Made by a program: the position numbers and the translations under genes
DNA from: an uncultured Heliobacteriaceae bacterium
GTDB lineage: Bacteria; Acidobacteriota; Blastocatellia; RBC074
Length of the DNA stretch: 64,000 nucleotides
Direction of reading: 5' to 3'
NCBI GenBank assembly: GCA_964468345.1
Contig: CAYXVZ010000018.1
Coordinates: 28,277 to 92,276, forward strand
The notes under the pieces: generated by a model
Seen by the model: the letters and a program-made list of their open reading frames with translations, nothing else
Databases searched by the model: none
What the model was told of the DNA's origin: nothing
In this document: positions 44,709-56,210 of the stretch, piece by piece
Position numbering within the stretch: the stretch's first letter is position 1
Layout of the letters: every line of letters begins with the position of its first letter

Positions 44709-44862
44709 GGGCGAGAAAGGCAGGGGCGAGGGGCGAGGGGCGAGGGGCGAGGGGCGAGGGGCGAGGGGCGAGGGGCGAGGGTAAAGAACAAAAGACTCTT
44801 CGGCAACAACCTGCCGACTGCCGACTGCCGCTGCCTCCTTCTCGCCCCTCGCCCCTGCTATC
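44693..44862. repeat. (GGGGCGA)x7 microsatellite with a short CCCCTCGCCCCTGC partner and an embedded CTGCCGACTGCCGACTGCCGCTGCCTCC
   Basis: Overlaps the stop codons of both convergent genes. Seven heptamers on one arm, two on the other. Confidence 0.85.
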
Positions 44863-45538
44863 TGAGCACATTCACCACCGGATGACCCGAGCGCCAGAGG
44901 TCTTGCAGAAACGGTTCCATCAGGCCGCCCTGGGTGCGGATGACGCATAAGGGGCGGCCGTCGTGTTCATAGGTGAGCACGCTGAGGACGCGGACCTTGC
45001 GCAGATTGGCGAGTTTCACGACCTGGAGCAGCGTGTCTTCATGTTTTGAGGTATCGAAGGTGATGCGGACTTCGCCTTTATTCGAATGCAGCATCTCGAC
45101 GAAGGCGCGGAAGATGTCCGATTCGGTGATCAGGCCGACCAGCGCGCCTTTGTGCAGCACGGGCAGCGCGCCGATTTTGCGATCGCGCATGACGCCCGCC
45201 GCCTGCTCGATCGGCGTTTCCGGCGTGGTCGTCACCAGAGTGGACGACATAATCTGCGCGACCGTTTCCTTCCCTTTATATTCGTCTTTTGCGAGTAGGC
45301 TGAACGGATTGATATTCGCGGGATAGGCCCGGAAAAGATCGGATTTTGAAACAATGCCGCGCAACATCCCGCCCTCGGGGCGAGCTTCCATCACGGGCAG
45401 CCGGCGAACCTGTCTTGCGCTCATGAGTGCAGCGGCTTCAGAGATCAAGGCGCCCGGCGCAATCGTAGCCGGTTCCCGGGTCATCCACATACTCACGATC
45501 ATGTACAACCTCAGACTTTCCGTGTGGGGAACCGTCAA
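44858..45538 (-). CDS. tandem-CBS-domain protein with C-terminal ACT-like domain
   Basis: Two CBS motifs. The ATGA start/stop overlap with the upstream GNAT gene suggests translational coupling. Alternative start at Met13-19. Confidence 0.78.
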   Translation of the reverse strand: MTVPHTESLRLYMIVSMWMTREPATIAPGALISEAAALMSARQVRRLPVMEARPEGGMLRGIVSKSDLFRAYPANINPFSLLAKDEYKGKETVAQIMSSTLVTTTPETPIEQAAGVMRDRKIGALPVLHKGALVGLITESDIFRAFVEMLHSNKGEVRITFDTSKHEDTLLQVVKLANLRKVRVLSVLTYEHDGRPLCVIRTQGGLMEPFLQDLWRSGHPVVNVLR

Positions 45539-46047
45539 AGATCAAGCAGGTAAAGGCGCAACTCGTCGGCATCCTCGGCCATTCGGATGAGCCTTTCGAA
45601 ACGAAATCCCAGCCGCTCCAACGACCGAATCGACCGATCGTTTGTCGGCAACGTGATCGCCGCGACTCGTTTGAGTCCCACGCGATCCCGCGCATCTGCC
45701 AGGACGGCGCGGGCCGCTTCGGTCGAATACCCGCATGACCAATAGGCAGGGAAAAAAGCGAAGCCCAGATCGGCATCTTCCAGCGTATCCCGCTTGAGCA
45801 CGCCGCACATTCCGATCGGTTCGTCGGTCTCTTTCAGCGCGATCCGCAACAGGCCAAAGCCATTCTTTTCATACCCGGCGACGGGGCCCTTTTGAATATA
45901 TCCAACCGCGTCTTCCAGCGAGCGAACGCCGCGATCGCCGATGTTCTGCAAAAAGGACGGCTCGTTCACCAATTGCAGAATAAAGGGCGCATCCTCGTCC
46001 GTTAAACATCGAATATGGAGGCGCGGCGTTTCAATGTCGAGGTTCAT
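45535..46047 (-). CDS. GNAT-family N-acetyltransferase (RimJ/RimL-like)
   Basis: 170 aa with acetyl-CoA-binding motifs. ATGA overlap with the upstream gene. Confidence 0.85.
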   Translation of the reverse strand: MNLDIETPRLHIRCLTDEDAPFILQLVNEPSFLQNIGDRGVRSLEDAVGYIQKGPVAGYEKNGFGLLRIALKETDEPIGMCGVLKRDTLEDADLGFAFFPAYWSCGYSTEAARAVLADARDRVGLKRVAAITLPTNDRSIRSLERLGFRFERLIRMAEDADELRLYLLDL

Positions 46048-46943
46048 TTCCGGCCTCCCTTCAACGTTTCGATATAGGCCTTCACCACTTCATAGACATA
46101 TTCCTGGCAGGCCTCGCCGGTTTTGGCATCGTACTTTCCGCCGTTCGTAATATTGTTCGAGAGCACGCGAATCCCGAGAAAAGGCGTTTTGAAAAAGCCC
46201 GCAATCTGTGCGACCGATGCCGTCTCCATCTCTTCGGCCGTCGTGCCGTATTGCTCGTGAAAATGCTTGATCCGGTCAAGCTCGCTGTTCCAGATTTCGC
46301 CGGAGCCGATCACGCCTTCGACAACGCGGCCTTTTTTATACAGGGGAATCGCGCGCCGCGCGGCGGCCAGCAGTTGTTCATCGGCAACGAAGCGGCGCAT
46401 CTTGCGCGCATTCGGATCTTCGCCCGCGCTGCCTTCCGAGGCCATCAAATCCATCGGCGCCCATTCGAGCGGAGCGCTTCCGTCGCCGTTTTTTCGATAG
46501 CCGGTTTTAAACGCGCCGAGATTCACGGATTCCTTTCCGAGCACGATGTCATACACCTTCAATGCCGGATCGTGCCCGCCCGCCGTTCCCTGATTGATGA
46601 TCGCCGCGGGATGATAACGCTCAATGGCGATGACCGTCGCGGCCGCCGTGTTCGACAGGCCTTTCAGGGTTTTTGAAACGATCACCGGATAGCCGTTGAC
46701 AGTGCCCCGCCAGAAGGTCCAGGGACCGACTTTTTCCGTCGTCGCGTTCTCCAACCGACCGGCAAAACGTTCCGCTTCCACGGGCATGGCGCCCTGCACA
46801 ATGATCGGGGCGGCGGATTGCGCGGTGGTCTTGGCCCTTGTCCCCGCCATCGAGAGGAGGAAACAAAGGCCGGCCAAAATAGCGACAGCGGTTTTATTCA
46901 TTGAACGGTCACTCAAGCAAATATTCGATCGGTTCATAGTCAT
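46044..46943 (-). CDS. secreted MTA/SAH-nucleosidase / purine nucleoside phosphorylase (PNP_UDP_1) family protein
   Basis: Signal peptide (MNKTAVAILAGLCFLLSMAGTRA). Nucleosidase motifs (GTAGG, EMETASVAQ). Start at Met 46943; upstream codons are unsupported. Confidence 0.75.
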   Translation of the reverse strand: MTMNRSNICLSDRSMNKTAVAILAGLCFLLSMAGTRAKTTAQSAAPIIVQGAMPVEAERFAGRLENATTEKVGPWTFWRGTVNGYPVIVSKTLKGLSNTAAATVIAIERYHPAAIINQGTAGGHDPALKVYDIVLGKESVNLGAFKTGYRKNGDGSAPLEWAPMDLMASEGSAGEDPNARKMRRFVADEQLLAAARRAIPLYKKGRVVEGVIGSGEIWNSELDRIKHFHEQYGTTAEEMETASVAQIAGFFKTPFLGIRVLSNNITNGGKYDAKTGEACQEYVYEVVKAYIETLKGGRK

Positions 46944-46966
46944 ATCGGAAAATCTTGTACAAAGCT

Positions 46967-47527
46967 TCAATCCGGCCAATTCACCGTCATCGATTCGCCG
47001 ACGGCAAGGCTCGTCCAGCGTTGGCTCGCTTCCTCCAGACGGTTGCAGATTCGGTCGAGAACCGTTTTGCTGACCGCTTGTCCGGAGGGAAGACGCAGCG
47101 CCTCGTCTTTCTTCCCCTCTTGCGCCATCTGCGAAGCAAGCTTTCGGCGTTGCGGGTCCGTCGAGCGGGAAAGCCACTCGTGCATGCAAAACGATACGGC
47201 CTGCTCCGACAGATTCGCATCCCGCCGCCCGTCGCGAAGGAGTTTTTCGTCGCGACCGGCGGTCTTCCGCCGCTGCCTCGAAGCCTCTTTCTGCGACCCG
47301 TCCTGCCCGGGCACCAGGCGAAACGTGCCGGCGCCGCCCCCGGCCGCAAGCTGGCCGAAAATGCCCTGCCGCAGGCCCAGGGCTTCTTCGACCACCAGAT
47401 GCACCAGATCATGGGGTATGAGCGGATCAAAACCGGGCGCGGGATTCATCTCGACGGAAGGAAAATCCTTGCGATCGACGCGAACTGCGTATCGTCTTTC
47501 TCCCGTGCGAAGAAAGTGAACTTGCAT
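46967..47527 (-). CDS. hypothetical protein
   Basis: 186-aa ORF, collinear with its neighbours. No family recognised. Confidence 0.5.
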   Translation of the reverse strand: MQVHFLRTGERRYAVRVDRKDFPSVEMNPAPGFDPLIPHDLVHLVVEEALGLRQGIFGQLAAGGGAGTFRLVPGQDGSQKEASRQRRKTAGRDEKLLRDGRRDANLSEQAVSFCMHEWLSRSTDPQRRKLASQMAQEGKKDEALRLPSGQAVSKTVLDRICNRLEEASQRWTSLAVGESMTVNWPD

Positions 47528-47528
47528 A

Positions 47529-47936
47529 TTACGTCTCCAATTCGTTGCGCCGTTCGATCAGATCCCACAGATTGCCGTATAGATCTTCGAACACAGCGAC
47601 GGTGCCATATGATTCCTCCTTCGGTTCGCGCATAAAGCGAATGCCTTTGGATTTCATTTCATTGTAATCCCGCCAGAAATCATCCGTCTGCAAAAAGAGA
47701 AAGACGCGGCCGCCCGATTGATTGCCGATGAATGATTCCTGCGCGGGCGTCGCGGCGCGGGCCAGCAGGATCGACGCGCCGCCCCCGCCGGGCGGCGCAA
47801 CAACGACCCAGCGTTTATCCTGCGCGGGTTGATAGGTGTCTTCGACCAGCGTGAAATGAAGCTTCTGCGTATAGAAAGCAATCGCTTCATCATAATCGCG
47901 GACAACCAGAGCTATGTGCAAAATCGATTGCTTCAT
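47529..47936 (-). CDS. VOC-family (glyoxalase/bleomycin-resistance fold) protein
   Basis: 135 aa. Paired beta-alpha-beta-beta-beta modules (HIALVVRDYDEAIAFY). Confidence 0.85.
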   Translation of the reverse strand: MKQSILHIALVVRDYDEAIAFYTQKLHFTLVEDTYQPAQDKRWVVVAPPGGGGASILLARAATPAQESFIGNQSGGRVFLFLQTDDFWRDYNEMKSKGIRFMREPKEESYGTVAVFEDLYGNLWDLIERRNELET

Positions 47937-47983
47937 TTTTCCCCATCAGGTGGATTCAGGTTACTAACCTGCTCCACCGATTC

Positions 47984-48883
47984 TCAGCGCCGGCTTTTCT
48001 CGCCTACTTCATTCATGATCAAATCGGCCAGGCTCTGCACGGCGCGCGAGACGAAAGCGGATTTCAGCGTCACCAACCCGAGACGCCGGCGGATCGGATG
48101 TTTTGCGACCGGCAGCAGGCGAACCTTTTTATCCGCCGCAGCCTGTCCGACAGCATTCACCGGCAGAACCGAAGCTCCGAGGCCGGCGCCGACAACGCTT
48201 TTGATGGCCTCGATATTTTCCATCACCATGGCGATTTGCGGCGTAATATTCAGGCTCGCGAAATAATCATCCACCAGCTTTCGCATGACGGTTCGCTGCT
48301 CATAGAGCACAAAGCGCAACTCGGTCAGGTCGCGCACGCTCAGCGCGCGCTTTTTCGACAGGGAGTGACTGCTCGGCAGGGCAAACTGCAGCTCCTCCGT
48401 GCAAAGCTGCTGATAAGCCAGGTCTGGATCTTCCGTCGTTTCCATCACCAGCCCGAGATCCAGGCGATGCGATTTCAGATCGCGAACGATCACATCCGTC
48501 GTGTCGGAAACGATGAGTAGCTCGATCTGCGGAAATTGCGCGCGATAGGCTTCGAGCACCGGCGGGAGCTGATAAATCAGCGTCGTGGAGCCCGTGCCGA
48601 ATCGCACGCGCCCGCGCTGCAGGCCGTTCAACTCCTGAATCTCCTGCCTGGCATTTCCCACGGCCTGAAAAATCCGCACGCAATGCTCATGCAGCAATCG
48701 CCCCGCATCCGTCAGCAGAACGCGTTTGCCCACGCGGGAAAAGAGCGTGCATCCCAGTTCGCTTTCCAGTTGCTTGATGTGCAGGCTGATCGTCGACTGG
48801 GAAAGATTCAGTTCCTGGCTCGCGCGCGAAAAGCCTTCATTCCTCACCGCGGCTTGAAAGACATGAAGTTGGTGCAGGTCCAT
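47984..48883 (-). CDS. LysR-family transcriptional regulator
   Basis: N-terminal HTH (FSRASQELNLSQSTISLHIKQLE) plus LysR substrate-binding domain. Confidence 0.9.
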   Translation of the reverse strand: MDLHQLHVFQAAVRNEGFSRASQELNLSQSTISLHIKQLESELGCTLFSRVGKRVLLTDAGRLLHEHCVRIFQAVGNARQEIQELNGLQRGRVRFGTGSTTLIYQLPPVLEAYRAQFPQIELLIVSDTTDVIVRDLKSHRLDLGLVMETTEDPDLAYQQLCTEELQFALPSSHSLSKKRALSVRDLTELRFVLYEQRTVMRKLVDDYFASLNITPQIAMVMENIEAIKSVVGAGLGASVLPVNAVGQAAADKKVRLLPVAKHPIRRRLGLVTLKSAFVSRAVQSLADLIMNEVGEKSRR

Positions 48884-48911
48884 ACATTGAAGAGAAAAAC
48901 AGATCCTATGT

Positions 48912-48926
48912 ATCGATTTTTTCGAT
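48912..48926. promoter_or_regulatory. candidate LysR box ATCGA-N5-TCGAT (T-N11-A type)
   Basis: Perfect palindrome in the divergent region between the LysR gene and the pectinolytic genes. Confidence 0.3.
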
Positions 48927-49061
48927 GGAAATCTTTCGGATTATATATTTTCCGCATTTATTGGGAAGGGCTATAATCCGCCGTCGAGATAGGGCAATCC
49001 ACTTTCAAGCAAATAGGGCAACTAAAATTTCTCCCACGAAGTCACGCAAAGGACACGAAGG

Positions 49062-50993
49062 ATGAAATCTCTCTCCACAGCATTGCTGATCGCCTGGCTG
49101 CTTTCCGCGGAAGTCTTTGCGCAGAGCGGTCACTATCTTTTCGCGTATTTCAAAAACAACGGCGAAGACGGGTTGCATCTGGCCTATAGCCGCGACGGGT
49201 TGAAATGGCAGGCTCTGAATGAAGACAAATCCTATCTGACGCCCGCGGTCGGCAGCCAGAAACTGATGCGCGATCCCTGCATTTTGCAGGGGCCCGACGG
49301 CGTCTTTCATATGGTCTGGACCACGGGCTGGGACGGACGCGATATCGGCATCGCGCATTCCAAAGACCTGATCACCTGGTCGGAGCAACAGGCCATTCCC
49401 GTGATGGCGCACGAGCCCACGGCGATGAATTGCTGGGCGCCCGAGATCGTGTATGACGCGGCGGGCAAGCAATACCTGATTTTCTGGTCTACGACCATTC
49501 CCGGCAAATTTCCCGAAACGGCGGGCTCGGCCGGCAAGGGCCGTAACCATCGCATCTATTTCGTAACGACGAAGGATTTCAAAAGCTATAGCAAGGCCGC
49601 GGTGTTTTATGACGGCGGATTCAATGTGATCGACGCGACGATCGCGGACCTCGGCGGAAAATTCATGATGATCCTCAAGGACGAAACCGAATTTCCCGCC
49701 GCGAAAAAACACCTGCGCCTCGCATCGAGCACGAAAGTCACCGGCCCATATGGCGCGGCTTCGCCCGCTTTCACCAAAGACTGGGTCGAAGGACCGACGG
49801 CGCTCAAGGTGAATGGCGATTGGATCGTGTATTACGACGAATACCGCGATCACCAATACGGCGCGCTCAAGACCCGCGACTGGCAAAAGTGGGAGGACGT
49901 CTCTTCGCAGTTGGAGCTTCCCAGGGGCATACGGCACGGAACGGCCTTCGCGATTTCGGCGGCGCAGGCTGAGCGGCTGCAGATCAAATGGAAAAACGCA
50001 TTGCGGCAAAAGCCCGATTGGTACGGCGGGCCGGATGCGCGCCGCATCGCGGACAATCTGCTTCGCTGGCAATTGCCGAGCGGCGGCTGGCCCAAGAACA
50101 TCGATATGGCGGTCGTGCTCAGCCAGGGCGAAGCCGCCCAGATCGGAAAGCGCGCGGGCGAAGCCGATGCCACCATCGACAACGGGGCCACCTGGACGCA
50201 ATTGACCTATCTGGCGCGCGTCTTCAACGCTTCTCAGGAAGCGCGATACAGAGATTCGTTTTTCAAAGGCCTCGACTATCTGTTCGCCGCGCAGTACGCC
50301 AACGGAGGCTGGCCGCAGTTTTATCCCTTGATCAAAGGCTATTACACGCACATCACTTATAACGACGATGCGATGATCGGCGTGCTGTCGCTGCTGCGCG
50401 ATATCGCACAGAAAAAACCGTCGTATGGATTCGTCGACGAAGCCCGCCGCGCGACAGCCGAGCGCGCCGTCGCGATGGGGATTGAATGCATTCTCAAAAC
50501 CCAGGTCGTCGTCGACGGCAAGCGCACCGCGTGGTGCGCGCAGCACGATGAAACCACATTGCAACCGGCGCCGGCGCGAACCTATGAAAAGATCTCGCTC
50601 AGTGGAATGGAATCCGTCGGGATCATTCAATTTCTGATAGCCATTGAGCAGCCCGACGCGCGCATCATCGAAGCCGTGTCTGCTGCCGCCGAGTGGCTGG
50701 CTCAGGTCAAACTGACGGGCATCAAAGTGGTTCCCCGGCCCGATCCATCGACGCCTCGCGGCTTCGATCGAATCGTGCTGAAGGACGCGAACGCCTCGCC
50801 ACTGTGGGCGCGCTTTTATGAAATCGGCACGAATCGCCCGATCTTCTGCGGCCGGGACGGCGTCATCAAAGCGAATCTGGCCGACATCGAATATGAACGC
50901 CGCACCGGCTATGGATGGTACACCGATCGGCCGGCGGCCCTGCTCGCCAAGGAATATCCGGCCTGGCGCGCGAAATGGATGAAAAATTCGTAG
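49062..50993 (+). CDS. bifunctional secreted pectinolytic enzyme: N-terminal GH43-like beta-propeller domain fused to a PL10-type pectate lyase
   Basis: Signal peptide. N-terminal ~300 aa resembles a 5-bladed propeller glycosidase (FAYFKNNGEDGLHLAYSRDGLKW). C-terminal ~330 aa carries Pec_lyase-family motifs (LPSGGWPKN, TIDNGATWTQ, YANGGWPQF). Confidence 0.82.
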   Translation: MKSLSTALLIAWLLSAEVFAQSGHYLFAYFKNNGEDGLHLAYSRDGLKWQALNEDKSYLTPAVGSQKLMRDPCILQGPDGVFHMVWTTGWDGRDIGIAHSKDLITWSEQQAIPVMAHEPTAMNCWAPEIVYDAAGKQYLIFWSTTIPGKFPETAGSAGKGRNHRIYFVTTKDFKSYSKAAVFYDGGFNVIDATIADLGGKFMMILKDETEFPAAKKHLRLASSTKVTGPYGAASPAFTKDWVEGPTALKVNGDWIVYYDEYRDHQYGALKTRDWQKWEDVSSQLELPRGIRHGTAFAISAAQAERLQIKWKNALRQKPDWYGGPDARRIADNLLRWQLPSGGWPKNIDMAVVLSQGEAAQIGKRAGEADATIDNGATWTQLTYLARVFNASQEARYRDSFFKGLDYLFAAQYANGGWPQFYPLIKGYYTHITYNDDAMIGVLSLLRDIAQKKPSYGFVDEARRATAERAVAMGIECILKTQVVVDGKRTAWCAQHDETTLQPAPARTYEKISLSGMESVGIIQFLIAIEQPDARIIEAVSAAAEWLAQVKLTGIKVVPRPDPSTPRGFDRIVLKDANASPLWARFYEIGTNRPIFCGRDGVIKANLADIEYERRTGYGWYTDRPAALLAKEYPAWRAKWMKNS

Positions 50994-51037
50994 GGGGCAG
51001 ACACGTGGGTTTGCCAGTACAGTTAAACCGATTACCC

Positions 51038-53056
51038 ATGCCAAAAACCAACACACATCGACGAAGCTTTCTCAAAACGATCGCCGCATCGGGCGCGGCG
51101 TTGTATCTCCCCTTGCCTGCGTTTGCGGAAGGCAACGCCGATCCCTGGGCGCAGGTGCCCGCGATCCTGCGCCGCATCAAGGCGCCGGTCTTTCCGAAGC
51201 GCGATTTCGAGATCACGAAATTCGGCGCGGTAGCGGGCGGCCAGACCGATTGCACCGAAGCGATTCGCAAGGCCATCGCCGCCTGCAGCAAAGCGGGCGG
51301 CGGCCGCGTCGTCGTTCCGCCGGGAGAATTTCTGACGGCGGCGATCCACCTGAAAAGCAACGTCAATCTGCACGTCAGCGCGGGCGCGACGCTGAAATTC
51401 AGCCAGGATCCGAAACAGTATCTGCCTTTGGTCTTCACGCGATGGGAAGGCGTCGAGTTGATGAATTACTCGCCGTTCATTTATGCCTTTGAACAGCGAA
51501 ACATCGCCGTCACCGGCACGGGCACGCTCGACGGGCAAGCCGATGAAGCCCACTGGTGGCCGTGGAAAGGCCGCACGCGAAAGACCGAGACGCAGGACAA
51601 GGCGCGGAACGCCTTGTTTGAAATGGGCGAGAAAAACGTCCCTGTCAGCGAGCGCGTTTTCGGCGAAGGCCATTACCTGCGGCCCAATTTCATTCAGCCC
51701 TATCGATGCCAGAATGTGTTGATCGAGGGCGTGACCATCAAAAATTCTCCGATGTGGGAGGTGCATCCCGTTCTCTGCCGCAATGTCATCGTGCAGGGCG
51801 TGCGCATCGACACGCATGGGCCGAACAACGACGGCTGCGATCCGGAATCATGCACCGACGTGCTGATCAAGGATTGTTATTTCGACACAGGCGATGATTG
51901 CATCGCGATCAAATCGGGCCGCAACGGCGATGGCCGCCGCGTCAATGTGCCGACTGAGAATGTCATTATTCAGAATTGCGAAATGAAAGACGGGCATGGC
52001 GGCGTGACGATCGGCAGCGAAATCTCGGGCAGCGTTCGCAACGTCTTTGCCGAGAACTGCAAGATGGACAGCCCGCACCTCGAACGCGCCCTGCGATTGA
52101 AAACCAATGCCGTCCGCGGCGGAACGCTCGAAAACATTCACATGCGCAACGTCCGCATCGGGCAGGTCAGCGATGCCATCGTCTCCGTGGATTTCACTTA
52201 TGAAGAGGGCGCGGCGGGCAATTTCATGCCCACGGTTCGCAAGATCAGCGTCAAAGACGTGCAAAGCACAAAAAGCAATTACGCGGTGTACCTGCGCGGC
52301 TTCGAAAAAGCCCCGATCACGAATCTGGTGATCGAAAACTGCGCCTTTGACAATGTCGCGCGCGCAAGCGTCTATGAATACGCGCACGACATCACGCTGC
52401 GCGGCGTTCGCCTCAATGGCGCGACGCCGCTTCGCATCGCGCTGGTCGGCGATTCCACCGTCACCGAAGGCTCGGGCTGGGGCGTCGGATTCCGCGAACG
52501 ATTCGACGCCACGGTCGAATGCATGAATCAGGCGCGCAACGGACGAAGTTCGCGAAGCTACATCGCCGAAGGCCACTGGACGCGGGCGCTGGCATTGAAG
52601 CCCGAATACATTCTGATTCAATTCGGCCACAATGATCAGCCCGGCAAAGGACCGGAGCGCGAAACCATTGCCCAGACGAGTTATAAGGAATTCCTTCGCC
52701 GCTATGTCGACGAAGCCCGCGGGGTGAATGCGAAACCGATTCTGGTGACTTCGCTGGCGCGGCGGAATTTCAATCCCGAAGGCGCCATTGCGGCCGATGT
52801 GCTGAACGATTACGCCAAAGCCTGCAAGCAGGTTGCCGCGGAAAAGAACGTGCCCTTGATCGATCTGAACACGATGAGCATCGAGATGCTCAATAAAATC
52901 GGTCGGCCGGGCGCGGCGGACTTCGATGTGAAAAAGCCCGACGGCACGCCCGACACGACGCATCTCTCGCGCAAGGGCAGCCAGGCCTTCGGAAAAATGG
53001 TCGCGCAGGCGCTGATTGTGGCGGTTCCGGAATTGGCCAGCCGGATGAAGAAGTAA
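51038..53056 (+). CDS. GH28 polygalacturonase/rhamnogalacturonase fused to a CE12/SGNH (rhamnogalacturonan acetylesterase-like) domain; Tat signal
   Basis: RRSFLK Tat motif. GH28 motifs (NDGCDPE, GDDCIAIKSG, GHGGVTIGSE, RLK). C-terminal SGNH motifs (GDSTV, GHND, DTTH). Start at ATG 51038. Confidence 0.88.
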   Translation: MPKTNTHRRSFLKTIAASGAALYLPLPAFAEGNADPWAQVPAILRRIKAPVFPKRDFEITKFGAVAGGQTDCTEAIRKAIAACSKAGGGRVVVPPGEFLTAAIHLKSNVNLHVSAGATLKFSQDPKQYLPLVFTRWEGVELMNYSPFIYAFEQRNIAVTGTGTLDGQADEAHWWPWKGRTRKTETQDKARNALFEMGEKNVPVSERVFGEGHYLRPNFIQPYRCQNVLIEGVTIKNSPMWEVHPVLCRNVIVQGVRIDTHGPNNDGCDPESCTDVLIKDCYFDTGDDCIAIKSGRNGDGRRVNVPTENVIIQNCEMKDGHGGVTIGSEISGSVRNVFAENCKMDSPHLERALRLKTNAVRGGTLENIHMRNVRIGQVSDAIVSVDFTYEEGAAGNFMPTVRKISVKDVQSTKSNYAVYLRGFEKAPITNLVIENCAFDNVARASVYEYAHDITLRGVRLNGATPLRIALVGDSTVTEGSGWGVGFRERFDATVECMNQARNGRSSRSYIAEGHWTRALALKPEYILIQFGHNDQPGKGPERETIAQTSYKEFLRRYVDEARGVNAKPILVTSLARRNFNPEGAIAADVLNDYAKACKQVAAEKNVPLIDLNTMSIEMLNKIGRPGAADFDVKKPDGTPDTTHLSRKGSQAFGKMVAQALIVAVPELASRMKK

Positions 53057-53062
53057 ATGGAA

Positions 53063-53185
53063 AAGGGTCACCACAAAGAAGGACGGAGGGACGGAGAGAA
53101 ATTCACTGCGGTATATATCTTTTCTTTCCCTCCCTCTCTCTGTCTCTCCGTCCTTCTTCGTGCTCTTCGTTTCTTCGTGGTTATC
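53063..53185. repeat. composite hairpin: GAAGGACGGAGGGACGGAGAGA words plus a family-A arm (CCTTCTTCGTGCTCTTCGTTTCTTCGTGG)
   Basis: Between the convergent GH28 and pobA genes. Partner arm degenerate. Confidence 0.75.
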
Positions 53186-53187
53186 CT

Positions 53188-55261
<2,074 letters not shown>

Positions 55262-55265
<4 letters not shown>

Positions 55266-56008
55266 TGCAGATAGCCGCCGCCGTCGCAGAGGATCATCTG
55301 TCCCGTGATCAGCTCCGCATCGTCGCTGGCGAGAAAGGCGATCAGCGCGGCGAGATGTTCGGGTTTGCCGCGTTTCTTGATCGCCTGATTCATCATCACG
55401 CGATTGAACGCTTCTTCGTTCGAATGCGCGGCGGTGCCTTCTGTCGCGATCATGCCCGGCGCGACGGCATTGACCGTGATATTGTCGTCGCCGAGTTCCT
55501 TGGCCAGCACGCGCGTGAAGCCCATGACCGCGCCCTTTGCGGCGACATAGGCCATTTGCCCGGGATTGGCCAGGAAATAGGTTCGCGAAGCGACATTGAT
55601 GACCCGGCCGTATTGGCTTTTCTTGAGCAGCGGATAAATCGCTTTTGAAACGAGGAAATATCCGATGTAATTGACCTGCACGAATCGATTGATTTCCTCA
55701 TACGAGAGTTCGTGCCACGGCTTGCGCCCCGAGAGAATGCCCGCGTTGTTGACCAGAATGTCCACATGGCCATGGCGCGCGGCAATGGCCGCAACAGCAG
55801 TGGCAATCTGGGCTTCGTTCGTTACGTCGCAGATTTCTGAATACGCCGTGCCGCCCGCGGCCTTGATTTCATTGACGGCCTCCGTCGCGTCTTTGATATC
55901 GAGAATCTCGACAATCGCGCCCTCCGCCGCCAGCCGCACAGCGGCGGCCTTCCCCAATCCAACGGCCGCGCCGGAAACCACGGCGACGCGATCTTTCAGT
56001 CTTCCCAT
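55262..56008 (-). CDS. short-chain dehydrogenase/reductase (SDR)
   Basis: TGAAVGLG cofactor motif. Catalytic Yx3K (YVAAK). Start at ATG 56008 with an AAGGAGAA RBS. Confidence 0.88.
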
Positions 56009-56060
56009 ATGAACATTCTCCTTTTCAACAGTCTTTAAGGGATTTCCAGCGAAGCTTGAG

Positions 56061-56188
56061 GAGAGAAACGGAACAAACGGAAATAACGGAATAGACGGAA
56101 TAGACGGAATAGACGGAATAGGAACCACTCTGTTTTCTCCGCCTGTTCCGTTATTTCCGTTTGTTCCGTTTCTCTCTTCATTCAGTAT
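56061..56188. repeat. family-B hairpin with asymmetric (ACGGAATAG)x4 expansion on one arm
   Basis: GAAACGGAACAAACGGAAATAACGG(AATAGACGG)4 versus CCGCCTGTTCCGTTATTTCCGTTTGTTCCGTTTC. Confidence 0.85.
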
Positions 56189-56210
56189 CGAATTTTGAAT
56201 GACGAGGCAA

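Noticed and set aside
49005-51056. 683-aa minus-strand ORF; similarly 22039..23502, 19845..20804, 24993..26087, 51848..53074, 53341..54402
   Set aside because: All lie antisense to well-supported, motif-bearing genes (PL10 lyase, UbiD, YhaM, egtD, GH28, pobA). Rejected as GC-bias artefacts.
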